A stretch of 64,000 nt of DNA, taken from Calditrichales bacterium. Its GTDB lineage: Bacteria > Calditrichota > Calditrichia > Calditrichales > J004. The stretch is from the NCBI GenBank assembly GCA_965267575.1, contig OZ254086.1, forward strand, positions 1,248,001-1,312,000. The letters are read 5' to 3'. Positions 37,579 to 47,064 of this stretch are shown here, piece after piece. A program made the translations under genes and the position numbers. Each line of letters starts with the position of its first letter. Positions within the stretch are counted from its first letter, which is position 1. Below the pieces are notes generated by a model. The model searched no databases. It was not told the origin of the DNA and saw nothing but the letters and a program-made list of their open reading frames with translations.

Positions 37579-39930
37579 CTATTTCAAAACCATCATTTTA
37601 CGTACCTGTACTTTATTGCCCTGTACAAGCCTGTAAATATAAATACCGGTTGGCAACGAGCTGGCGTCAAAATGTGCCTGATGCACTCCGGCCGGGAGAT
37701 TGCCGTCAACAAGTGTTGCAACTTTCTGGCCCAATACGTTATAGACGATGAGACTCGTATAGCCAGCCCGTGCCACACTGAAATCAATGGTGGTAACGGG
37801 GTTGAACGGGTTGGGATAATTTTGACCCAGCTTAAAGCTGAGCGGTTTATTCTGATCTTCAAAAATTGAGGTAACTGTTCGTAGAGCCCATACTTCCGAG
37901 AAATTACTGCTGCCATATTCGTTGGAGGCCGATACGCGCCAGTAATATCGCGTGTAGTCATTAAGACCGGAGATGGTGATTGAAGTATCGGTGACCACCG
38001 TATCCAGAATTACGGTTCCCTCCTGGAAGAAGGAGCTTGTCCCCAGCTGATAGCGATAAACATCCGCGGAATCAGCAGGATACCACTCAAATGTCATCTC
38101 CAAAGGAATATTGACCGTGCCGCTGCGTGGGAAACTGAGTTCCGGGGCAACCGGAAAACCGGTTGTAAAGTTGTATGCCTGCGAGTAATCGCTGTGTCCG
38201 GCGGCGTTACCTGTTTTTGTTCGCCAGTAATAGGTGCTTAAGCCCTCCAGTCCTGTAACACTGGCTTGCGTATCCTGAACCGATTCCGTTAATACAATCG
38301 ACTCAAATTGATTGTCCGCAGCCACTTCAACCGTATATGCCCCGGCCTGGTCAACAACCGACCATGAAAGCATGGTCGTGTCCGATTGGTTTTTGGCCCC
38401 GTCAGCCGGCATAACAAGCGTCGGTTTTTCGGGCGGCGTTACGGTAATGACGTTGCTGGGAAAACTCTCGTTATAGTTACGGTCCAGCGCGCGCACCAAA
38501 AAATAGAATTGATCCTGATTTTCCTCAGGGATCGGCGGGCTGAAAGATCTTTTGTTTGTGACATCCAGGATGTATTGCGGCAATTCCAGGTCTTCGATCA
38601 ACGGGGCCTCTTCAAATCTATAAATCACATAGCGCGAAGCCGAATCCCCGTCGGTCGCCTGAAAAGGCAAATCCCACTGCAAGCTGAAAACACCGTTGCT
38701 TTCATTCTGCGCGTAGGCCAGGTTTTGCGGCTCATTGGGCGGCACAATATCCTTCCAGTCCATAACGGGCAGCAAAGCAGGGTAGCGATAATAATTGTTC
38801 TTAAGGCTATCGGTTACCCCTTTGGGGTTCTCAAAAAAGTTATCCGCGCGGAAGAAAACGCTGCCCAGGCTGTTTTCCGTTTCGCGGTTCAGGCGAATTT
38901 GACGAGGTATTTCATCGGAAGCCCAACCGGATTGGCGGTATAAGGCCTGGCCCGGGTAGAGATGGCGTCCGTTTATCCGGGCATCATCAGCCCACCAGGG
39001 CATCAGTTTGCCGTAGTCCTGTCCGCCGCCAAAAGGCCAGTATAGCTGTGGCGTCAGGTAATCCAGGTATTCTCTGTCCATCCATGTCGGCGCGTCACAA
39101 TAGATCACATTATAGGCATCCAAACCTGTTATGCCCGGCGGCACGCCGTTTTTCCAAATACCGAAAGGACTGATACCAAATTTTACATGCGGCTTAATGG
39201 CCTGAATACTGTCAGCCACCATGCCAACAAGGATATTTACGTTCTCGCGGCGCCATTCTCCGCGATTGGTAAAATCACCTTTATAAGCATCCCATGTTTC
39301 CTGGTCGTCGCTGTTGGTCGTTCCCTCATAAGGGTAGAAATAATCGTCAAAATGAACGCCATCGACATCATAGCGTCGTACGACATCCGTGATAATACCG
39401 GCGACATACTCGCGTACATCCGGAATGCCCGGATCAAGCATGATCAAGTCATTCTTTTTAAAATGCCACTCGGGATGTTCACTATAAATGTGATCGGGAG
39501 ATAGAGTATAGGTACCTTCTTCCCTGACCGATCGATAAGGATTAAACCAGGCATGAAGCTCCATGCCACGGGCATGTGCTTCTTCTATCGCAAATTCCAA
39601 CGGATCGTAATACGGTGAAGGCGGCGAGCCTTGCGAACCTGTAAGCCAGTATGACCACGGTTCATAAGGTGAGTCATAAAGCGCGTCGCATTCCGGCCGG
39701 ACCTGAAAGATTACCACGTTTATGCCAACTTCTTTCAATTCATCCAGCAGGGTTATCAATTCTTCTTTCTGTGCCGCGGTACCCGTAGTCGGGTTAGCCG
39801 GCCAGTCCAGATTGACAACGGTGGCTATCCATGCCGCGCGGAATTCGCGTTTTGGAGGGTCAGCCTGCGCAAAGCAGGAGGCCTGAAATCCAAAAAGCAA
39901 AAGCAAAAAAATGTATCCGATCCTATTCAT
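37579..39930 (-). CDS. glycoside hydrolase-like family 10 (GHL10/DUF187, YddW/DigH-like) with FN3-like repeats and T9SS type A CTD
   Basis: KREFRAAWIATVVNLDWP, HAWFNPYR, DGVHFDDYFYP, FGISPFGIW, PQLYW; two YYWR FN3-like repeats; QNYPNPFNP...KMMVLK. Confidence 0.9.
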   Translation of the reverse strand: MNRIGYIFLLLLFGFQASCFAQADPPKREFRAAWIATVVNLDWPANPTTGTAAQKEELITLLDELKEVGINVVIFQVRPECDALYDSPYEPWSYWLTGSQGSPPSPYYDPLEFAIEEAHARGMELHAWFNPYRSVREEGTYTLSPDHIYSEHPEWHFKKNDLIMLDPGIPDVREYVAGIITDVVRRYDVDGVHFDDYFYPYEGTTNSDDQETWDAYKGDFTNRGEWRRENVNILVGMVADSIQAIKPHVKFGISPFGIWKNGVPPGITGLDAYNVIYCDAPTWMDREYLDYLTPQLYWPFGGGQDYGKLMPWWADDARINGRHLYPGQALYRQSGWASDEIPRQIRLNRETENSLGSVFFRADNFFENPKGVTDSLKNNYYRYPALLPVMDWKDIVPPNEPQNLAYAQNESNGVFSLQWDLPFQATDGDSASRYVIYRFEEAPLIEDLELPQYILDVTNKRSFSPPIPEENQDQFYFLVRALDRNYNESFPSNVITVTPPEKPTLVMPADGAKNQSDTTMLSWSVVDQAGAYTVEVAADNQFESIVLTESVQDTQASVTGLEGLSTYYWRTKTGNAAGHSDYSQAYNFTTGFPVAPELSFPRSGTVNIPLEMTFEWYPADSADVYRYQLGTSSFFQEGTVILDTVVTDTSITISGLNDYTRYYWRVSASNEYGSSNFSEVWALRTVTSIFEDQNKPLSFKLGQNYPNPFNPVTTIDFSVARAGYTSLIVYNVLGQKVATLVDGNLPAGVHQAHFDASSLPTGIYIYRLVQGNKVQVRKMMVLK

Positions 39931-39947
39931 TACACATTCCTCAAGTT

Positions 39948-39980
39948 AAAAAAAGGGCACCCAGGTATGGATGCCCTTTT
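39948..39980 (-). terminator. intrinsic terminator/stabilising hairpin inside the operon
   Basis: Minus strand reads GGGCATCCA-tacc-TGGGTGCCC followed by T7. Confidence 0.78.
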
Positions 39981-39998
39981 AGACTTTTACATTAAATA

Positions 39999-42566
39999 TT
40001 ACTTGATCAAAGTCATTTTACGTGTATCCGTAAAATCTCCGGACTGCAGTTTATAAATATACATGCCGGAAGAAAGCTTGCTGGCGTCAAAAGAAATGCT
40101 GTAATCGCCTGCGGACAGGTTCTTATCAACAAGTGTCAATATTTCCTGACCTAGAACGTTATACACTTTCAGCACCGTTTTACCGCTCTTGGCAATCGTA
40201 AAGTCGATTGTCGTTGTCGGGTTGAACGGGTTAGGATAGTTCTGCTTCAGCGTATAATTTTCCGGAGTTACAACATTTTCATGACGTCTCAGCGACGTGA
40301 ATACACCGGTGTACTTATACACAACACCGTTGTTGAACGATCCGGTGTACATAACCGTACCATCGCTATTGAAAGCAACACCACGAGGTCCGTCGGTGTC
40401 ATCACCGTTATCCTGCGGCATCCATACGTAACCGTAGGTATTATCACGCGGATCAAACCATACTATAGCATTTACGTCCTGCGTACCGGCATATGCGTTA
40501 TCCTGGGATACCCAGAACTTGCCATCGGAACTGCGGTCTAATGTAACCGACTGTGCTTCGAAGATAGGTTTGCCGGTGTTGTCATTTCGGATACTGTCAG
40601 CCAACGGATAATTGATGAAGTCCGTGGATTCGTAAATATAAAGCGAGTGAACGCCTTCAGCCAGGTTACCCGGAATGAGCGTCAATCCGTCAGGCGAAAC
40701 ATAGATACCACGATGGAATCCACCTGCCAGAGGATCAAGCGTGATCGTTTGAGTTACGTCAAACGTAGCCGGATTAATAACGTTGATGAAGGGATTGCCG
40801 CCAAATACAACCGCACCTGTGTAGATAAATCCTTCATCGTCTACCATCGGTGCACCTTGCGACAGACCAAGCTCAACACGTGCCAGCGTACTACCGTCAC
40901 TCGGATCAAGCTTCAGTGTTGTACCGCCACTCTTGGTATAAATGATGTTACCATCATTGTCCGTTGCCAGTCCGCGGCAGCCTGTTAAGAAGACAGTCGA
41001 GTCCCCACCGCCGTCTGCTTCAACGGTAGTTGAGTCAAGGGTCATGAATTCCGAGCCATCTTCGTTATAAACAAAGACACCACCGGAGAATGTACCAATC
41101 CAAAGACGGTTATTACCGTCTACAGCAACACCGTGTACGGCACCCGTTGTATCCACAACCCCGTCATAGGAGTATTGGATTTGGTCAAGCTGCCATACGC
41201 CGGGGCTTACGTCCGGTTCTACATTAAGAACAACCAATGCCTTGGTTTCCGGACCAAAGCTTGTGGTGTACATTACTTCGGTACCCAGGTCATCATCAAT
41301 ATTAGCAAGGCCAATAACATTCCAGAAACCGCTAGGTGCATATTCGGAGTCAATAATTTCATGAGTCCAGTTATTAATGTTGCTTACGTCGTCCTGTGCG
41401 CCAGTGTACTCTAAGCGGAAAATGGCTGCGTTGGGCTCAGCGAAACGCGAACCTACGATATAGTCGGTACGGCCGTTAACATCAACATCACCGATAGAAC
41501 TACCGCCAAGACGAATGCTTTCACCGTAAGCGGAAAGGTCCGCCACTAGCGTGCCTTTAAGTGAATCGCCTTCGGCATCATACTCATATACATAAACGCC
41601 GGCAGGTGAATCGTCCTGAATAAAAGGCGTCCAATAAGTACCAAAGATAATTTCCGGCTGGGCGTTTCCATCAATATCATAAACCTCAACGCTATTGAAA
41701 GGACCACCACCACCTGCAACAGGCGGCAGATCCTCGAGCAACTCGTAAGTGTCAGCGGCCGTTGCGCGAACGCGCGTGGTAGTAATTTCGTCGAACAGGT
41801 AGATGGTGCCGTCAAGAACAGCAACATCCCACTTGTTTTCGGCACCGGAAATCGGGCCACCGGAAACAGTCAAACCATTGGATTCAACCGTCCAGGTTTC
41901 GCTGCCGTCGCCGGCATCCGGAACATCATCAACGGAGAGGACACCAAAATACCAGCCACTGGATGTACCGGTACGATCATTAAAGATCACTTCTTTTGTG
42001 CCGTCGCCATCAACGTCATTAACAACGAAATTAGTTGGGCGCAGGTTAAGATTGTCCTGATTGGTCATGGTGAATTGCGTATTTGGCAGAAAACCGCCAA
42101 AGCCATCGGAAACACCCATATCATCAGAACCGCCACCTACTGATTCAAAAATCACGATACGTGGAGGATTAGCTACACCGGCAAAATTATTAACCGGCCC
42201 CCAGATGATCTCTTCTTTACCGTCTTCATCAAGGTCATCAACGGTAAGGGCAGGCCAGGTGTTTTGGGCAATACCTGCGAGTTCGGTGCTCCAAACATTG
42301 TTCCAGCCACCAGCGCCGTCTTGTTCCAGCTTATATAAACGTGGAACGAGCTCATCCGGCGTATCATTAGAGTTGTCGTTGGCCATAAAAATTTCCAACA
42401 AGCCATCACCGTCGGTATCAGCACCGGCAACGATATTACCAATGCTTCCGACGTTTAGATTAAGATCAGGAATCTGAATAGAATCCTGACGGCTCCATTG
42501 TGCGAACAGTTGTGTTGCGCAAAACAGAACCACAAAAATGAACGTGGTATAACGAACGTGAGTCAT
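39999..42566 (-). CDS. secreted FG-GAP-like plus second beta-propeller protein with T9SS type A CTD
   Basis: Signal peptide; DTDGDG, DLDEDG, DVDGDG, DIDGN, DVDVNG motifs; NHL-like HGVAVDG, RGLATD, PRGVAFN; QNYPNPFNP...KMTLIK. Confidence 0.85.
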   Translation of the reverse strand: MTHVRYTTFIFVVLFCATQLFAQWSRQDSIQIPDLNLNVGSIGNIVAGADTDGDGLLEIFMANDNSNDTPDELVPRLYKLEQDGAGGWNNVWSTELAGIAQNTWPALTVDDLDEDGKEEIIWGPVNNFAGVANPPRIVIFESVGGGSDDMGVSDGFGGFLPNTQFTMTNQDNLNLRPTNFVVNDVDGDGTKEVIFNDRTGTSSGWYFGVLSVDDVPDAGDGSETWTVESNGLTVSGGPISGAENKWDVAVLDGTIYLFDEITTTRVRATAADTYELLEDLPPVAGGGGPFNSVEVYDIDGNAQPEIIFGTYWTPFIQDDSPAGVYVYEYDAEGDSLKGTLVADLSAYGESIRLGGSSIGDVDVNGRTDYIVGSRFAEPNAAIFRLEYTGAQDDVSNINNWTHEIIDSEYAPSGFWNVIGLANIDDDLGTEVMYTTSFGPETKALVVLNVEPDVSPGVWQLDQIQYSYDGVVDTTGAVHGVAVDGNNRLWIGTFSGGVFVYNEDGSEFMTLDSTTVEADGGGDSTVFLTGCRGLATDNDGNIIYTKSGGTTLKLDPSDGSTLARVELGLSQGAPMVDDEGFIYTGAVVFGGNPFINVINPATFDVTQTITLDPLAGGFHRGIYVSPDGLTLIPGNLAEGVHSLYIYESTDFINYPLADSIRNDNTGKPIFEAQSVTLDRSSDGKFWVSQDNAYAGTQDVNAIVWFDPRDNTYGYVWMPQDNGDDTDGPRGVAFNSDGTVMYTGSFNNGVVYKYTGVFTSLRRHENVVTPENYTLKQNYPNPFNPTTTIDFTIAKSGKTVLKVYNVLGQEILTLVDKNLSAGDYSISFDASKLSSGMYIYKLQSGDFTDTRKMTLIK

Positions 42567-42632
42567 ACACTCCTCCTGTTAAAGGGTACTAGTATAGTGG
42601 TTTCCATTTCTCAACAACTCAAATAGGCTGCT

Positions 42633-42642
42633 TCACCTCCTT
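42633..42642 (-). promoter_or_regulatory. extra perfect Shine-Dalgarno (AAGGAGGTGA) in the 5' leader
   Basis: Lies 67-76 nt upstream of the ATG at 42566, which has its own AGGAGG. Confidence 0.45.
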
Positions 42643-42674
42643 CGTGCTTGTTTCACAAACAGTATTTTTTTTCA

Positions 42675-43919
42675 TTATTGATCGCGCCCGTAATAAGGAG
42701 CTCCATTTTCGCGCATATCTATGCGTAAAACTTTTGAAGAGGAACTCGATGTTTTTTGGGCGGCATACAAATACAGGCCTGTTCCCCAATGAAAATCAAT
42801 TATTTCAGGCCCAATCAGTTCGGGATAATGTATGTCCAGTGTCTGGCTTGCTTCATCAAAGACGTATATAGCATCCGGCTCGGCAGATGTACCGATAAAA
42901 ATCCTTCCCTCTTCTGAGACAGTAATATCATTTATACCGGCTTGATTTAAAACAGAACTTTGTTCTGCAGTTAATAACGGAGAAATAGAGGACAGCCCTC
43001 CATTTCCATCTATGGTTCCCTTATATAATGCGACTGCATCTGAGGAATCCGGATGACGTAGCGTGAAATACAAATTGTTGTTAAAAACACGAAGACTCGA
43101 AACCGGCCTGTCAAAACTCTGGACAACAGTACTCGAAGAGCCATCCGGCATGATGGATGTTATGTTGCCGGCAGCAATTACTTGTGTGCCTTGTGTATAT
43201 GAGCTATCGATGGCCGTATAGATATAAAATGATCCATCAAAATCAAAATCACGGGGGATACCACGGAATGACGCGAAAGAGCTAAAACTGCCACTGGTAG
43301 TATCAAGTTTAACTATTTGACCATTTCTAATAGTAACAGACGCATAGAGTTCATCGTTTGGGCCTATTTGCATTGCTTCTACAAGCTCAAAGGCCATGGC
43401 ATCGTTAACAAGCTTAGTAGATTGTCCCGGTATGGTTTTTCTCAGTACCTTACCCTGAATATATTTAAATACTGTCCCCGCACGGTTCACGGCTACGGCC
43501 AGAACCACTTCTCCCGGAGCCAAGGTGCCGAATTCGGCGACTGCCGGATTGAGCTTATAAAAGGCAGAATCACTGTATAATTCCGAAGAACGTATGCCTA
43601 CTCTTACTCTAAACCTGTCTTTTGCTGTCTTTGGCGTTTTAACCGTAAGCTCGTTTTCGGAAGCTGATAGCACTTCGGCAACAATTTCATCAAAAACAAC
43701 AAAATTCTCCGCGGGTACAGGCGAAAAGCCATTGCCCGTAATGGTCAATGTGCCTACACCGGCGAGGGCACTGTCTTCAGGCAGAATATTGGTTATGACT
43801 GGTGCCGTTCCCGGGTCCCTGTCCGGATTGTATAAGCTGTCTGTTGGCTCTTCGCTGCAAGACAGGACCAATACAATCAGTGACAAAACTAATATATGCA
43901 TGGGGCGCATGCGTTTCAT
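42675..43919 (-). CDS. IPT/TIG domain plus beta-propeller lipoprotein
   Basis: Lipobox VLSC; PVITNILP...LTITGNGFS...N.V.F IPT/TIG pattern; propeller-like C-terminus ending GAPYYGR. Confidence 0.8.
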   Translation of the reverse strand: MKRMRPMHILVLSLIVLVLSCSEEPTDSLYNPDRDPGTAPVITNILPEDSALAGVGTLTITGNGFSPVPAENFVVFDEIVAEVLSASENELTVKTPKTAKDRFRVRVGIRSSELYSDSAFYKLNPAVAEFGTLAPGEVVLAVAVNRAGTVFKYIQGKVLRKTIPGQSTKLVNDAMAFELVEAMQIGPNDELYASVTIRNGQIVKLDTTSGSFSSFASFRGIPRDFDFDGSFYIYTAIDSSYTQGTQVIAAGNITSIMPDGSSSTVVQSFDRPVSSLRVFNNNLYFTLRHPDSSDAVALYKGTIDGNGGLSSISPLLTAEQSSVLNQAGINDITVSEEGRIFIGTSAEPDAIYVFDEASQTLDIHYPELIGPEIIDFHWGTGLYLYAAQKTSSSSSKVLRIDMRENGAPYYGRDQ

Positions 43920-43940
43920 TTTTAGCTCCTTAATGCGCGT

Positions 43941-44948
43941 TTAAAAAGAAAATCCAAAGGCAAAACGGTGAACATCGCCGAAAACACCAAAAGGTGTGTA
44001 GGCATAATCCACGTTCAGATCAAATCCTGTAACTTCCTGCCGCAGGCCGGCGCCAAAAGACATGCCTTCTTCATCTGTTGGCGAAGTGAGTCCGGCGCGC
44101 AATGAAACCTGCTTGAGAAATGTATACTCAAGACCCACATCAATCTGCTCATAGTAGTCTCTGGGGTGAGATGCATCTATCGCAAGCAATAAATCATGCC
44201 TGTCAGAATCGAGGTCCGTCAGATCAAGCATGTCCATGGCAACACCGATTTCAAATGTCAGCGGAAGTTCAAATGCCTCTTCGTAATACTGTACCTGCTG
44301 TGAAAAATTGCGCACGTACATACCAAACGTCAGGCTTTGATAACCGGTTTTATAAAGAATACCAAAATCGAAGGCTAAAACATTGGCATCAAATTCGCCC
44401 GTAACCACCTGCTGATCGGCATTTTTAAAATTGACCGCACCGCCTGTAAGGTTTTGATACACATATTTCATGTGACCGCCAATAGAGAAACGATCGGTAA
44501 GCGCCCGCGCATAGCTAAGACCAATGCTGTAGGCAATCGGAGAAAACTCGCCGGTGTCGAGAAAGCCTTGTTCGTTTTCGCTTTTGATTGATCCCTGAAA
44601 GCTGCCGTAGTCCGGAGCGATATAGGTAAGACCAAAAACGCCATACTGTCCACCGGAAGGGCTGTAGGAAAGTGTGGCGAACTGATATTGAAAATCAGCT
44701 ATCCAGTTTAGCTGACCAATGGTTGTTGAAACCATGGAAGGCAAGCGTGCCATACCTGCAGGGTTGTAGAGCATAGATGTGCTTCCGCCTTCAAGGGCAA
44801 CCGTGGCACGGCCAAGCGCGCTCATCCGCGCATCCAGCGACAGGCTTAAGAAAACCATGCCTGTTTGTGCCAGCTTTTGGCGTTCAGCACCAAAGCCGGA
44901 TGCTACAGTAAGCAAGATGACTATGAGAGTTAATAATTTGTTTTTCAT
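43941..44948 (-). CDS. PorV/PorQ family outer-membrane beta-barrel
   Basis: KLAQTGMVFLSLSLDARMSALG...YNPAG N-terminal motif; DYAYTPFG..HRF; terminal F. Confidence 0.85.
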   Translation of the reverse strand: MKNKLLTLIVILLTVASGFGAERQKLAQTGMVFLSLSLDARMSALGRATVALEGGSTSMLYNPAGMARLPSMVSTTIGQLNWIADFQYQFATLSYSPSGGQYGVFGLTYIAPDYGSFQGSIKSENEQGFLDTGEFSPIAYSIGLSYARALTDRFSIGGHMKYVYQNLTGGAVNFKNADQQVVTGEFDANVLAFDFGILYKTGYQSLTFGMYVRNFSQQVQYYEEAFELPLTFEIGVAMDMLDLTDLDSDRHDLLLAIDASHPRDYYEQIDVGLEYTFLKQVSLRAGLTSPTDEEGMSFGAGLRQEVTGFDLNVDYAYTPFGVFGDVHRFAFGFSF

Positions 44949-44963
44949 ATGAACACTCTCGCT

Positions 44964-47057
44964 TTATCGAATAACGACAAATTTTTTGATTTCACGGCGG
45001 CCGGTAGATTGGTCCGTTATCACGGCAAGGTAGATACCGCTTACTACCAATTGGTTGGAAGATGTAACACCATCCCAGAACTCATCTCCGCTGCCGTCCG
45101 TATGTTCAATGGAATAAACCAATTCCCCGCGCTCGGTATAAATATCGATAGTACAACGTGCAGGAATATTGTAGAAGACCAGTTTATTCGGCTCATTTTC
45201 AAAGCGCAGCCTGTTTGGTGAGGAGGCTATCATAAACGGATTCGGTACAATTCGTACGGTACTTTCATCAGCAGCAAATGTTTCTGAACTGCCGGCAGGG
45301 CGCTTAAGAAAAACAGGATCATAGGTTTGTGTGTAAAGCCTGCTGCTTTTTAACTGCGTTGCAGGTATTCCCAGATCGGGGTCTGCGGGAATGGTTTGGC
45401 CTAAAACTTCCAGAAAATAGAAGTAGCCTACTCCTCTTACTGGTGATGTGTCTTCAAACTCAGTGACGGACGGATCAAGAGGTTCTGGGGTTAGTAATTC
45501 TGGCTCGGCATCGAAACGGCCGCGGCTACGATAAACGTTATAACCGCGTACGTCACCAGAGTTGGCATACAAGGTCCAGGAAAGGGATACCTTGTCTCCC
45601 TTTCCTTCAACTAACAACTGTTGCGGGGGCAGTGGTGGATTTGCGATATCATATCCGGATTGATAATTAGCAATCGCACGGCGAAACGTTTGAAACAAAG
45701 AATCACGTCCGGTTAAAACAGCTTCGTTTTTTTCCACATCGGAAATATTGCCAGCCTTATACTCAACACCTATTTCCGTAGCGTTTTTGCGGCTTAGGCC
45801 GGCAACGGCTTCCGCCATCACAATACGGATTGTATCACCGGGGCCCATTGTGTAGGGGCCATAGCCGTTGGCAAAAGAAAAGCCGCCCGGCTCGCCCGGG
45901 CTGATATTTGCTGTCTTATCCTGTTCAGCGAAGTTGCCGTCCGGAACCACTTTCCATGCGTGACGATCCGAATGGCCTCGTGACATCCACGCGTATTCTT
46001 CCTGCATTTTACCTACGTCAAAAGCGCTGTTATTGGATGTCAATGGTTCATCAGAACCTACCGTGGTTGTTGTAAAAGGCTGACCCGGATCATCGCTTTT
46101 ATCATCAACCGATTTATCTGCATGGATAGTAACAATGCCGCCGAATTGCGGCGCGCCAAGACGGCCTACTGTATCATATTCTGCAATATAAGGTGGGTTT
46201 ACTGGATCCTGACGCCAGATGGGAGCGCCGATATTATCGTATGAGACCGCTTTATCGGCATAAAAGCCATGCCAGGCGAATTGCGCCCTGAACTGTTCAT
46301 CTTCCGGATCACCGTATTTTTGCATATTTTCTTCGCCATCGCCCCTGGCATCATTCATTGTGTTTATTCCCCAGCCGGAAGCGTTGCCGATCAGGTATCT
46401 TGTCTGGCGGGTCATGGAATAACGGTATTGCCAGAAAAATATAACGTCATTGACTGTATTATCTGGCAATTCTATCTCTTCGTCGTCGTCTGTATTGCCC
46501 GTGTTGATAAAAGTGTATTCATATATCATGTAGTTGTCATGCAACGGATTGCTCCATGCCAGGATTTTCCTTTCCATAGTTATTCCCAACAGCGTATTAA
46601 CCTTATTATAAATCATCCTGTCGGAGGGCAGCGTTGGGTCAATCCTGTCATTCTCAACTTCTTTTTGGTACGTTTCGACACCATCGGCAAGAACTGTTGG
46701 CGGTTCAAATTTGCTGATCATTTCAAATTCGAGTGGAAAAAACTCGTTAAAACCAAGCACGCGCGGCCCAACATGCACAACGCGCGCGGGAAAATTGGTT
46801 CCGTTTTCATCCGTAAAATTGGTGGCGCCAATCCAGAATCCTTTAGCGGCCTGATTGTCTTGAAATTCGTAAATAGCCGGCCACTGCAATCCGTTTTGCT
46901 GTTGGGCAAAGCCCTGGCCTTCTTCCGCCTCACAGCCGAATTCGGAAAACCAGTTATGCAGATTACCCACGGCGAGCCATTTGTAAGCACCTTGCGCCTG
47001 TGTGGAAGCAAGCAGACCAAATAGGCATATATAAAAGGCTAAAAGTAGATTTTTCAT
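44964..47057 (-). CDS. large secreted protein with FN3-like domain and variant CTD (IVPNPF...KFVVIR)
   Basis: Signal peptide; PPLPP linker, V.LSW...GYNVYRS, YFYF; C-terminal IVPNPF...FYNIPARCTIDIYTERGELV...WD...SGIY...KFVVIR. Confidence 0.8.
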   Translation of the reverse strand: MKNLLLAFYICLFGLLASTQAQGAYKWLAVGNLHNWFSEFGCEAEEGQGFAQQQNGLQWPAIYEFQDNQAAKGFWIGATNFTDENGTNFPARVVHVGPRVLGFNEFFPLEFEMISKFEPPTVLADGVETYQKEVENDRIDPTLPSDRMIYNKVNTLLGITMERKILAWSNPLHDNYMIYEYTFINTGNTDDDEEIELPDNTVNDVIFFWQYRYSMTRQTRYLIGNASGWGINTMNDARGDGEENMQKYGDPEDEQFRAQFAWHGFYADKAVSYDNIGAPIWRQDPVNPPYIAEYDTVGRLGAPQFGGIVTIHADKSVDDKSDDPGQPFTTTTVGSDEPLTSNNSAFDVGKMQEEYAWMSRGHSDRHAWKVVPDGNFAEQDKTANISPGEPGGFSFANGYGPYTMGPGDTIRIVMAEAVAGLSRKNATEIGVEYKAGNISDVEKNEAVLTGRDSLFQTFRRAIANYQSGYDIANPPLPPQQLLVEGKGDKVSLSWTLYANSGDVRGYNVYRSRGRFDAEPELLTPEPLDPSVTEFEDTSPVRGVGYFYFLEVLGQTIPADPDLGIPATQLKSSRLYTQTYDPVFLKRPAGSSETFAADESTVRIVPNPFMIASSPNRLRFENEPNKLVFYNIPARCTIDIYTERGELVYSIEHTDGSGDEFWDGVTSSNQLVVSGIYLAVITDQSTGRREIKKFVVIR

Positions 47058-47064
47058 ACGTCCC

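Noticed and set aside
42563-42607. 14-codon uORF (METTILVPFNRRSV) overlapping the start of the 855-aa gene
   Set aside because: It lacks a properly spaced RBS and could easily arise by chance; not supportable without ribosome profiling.
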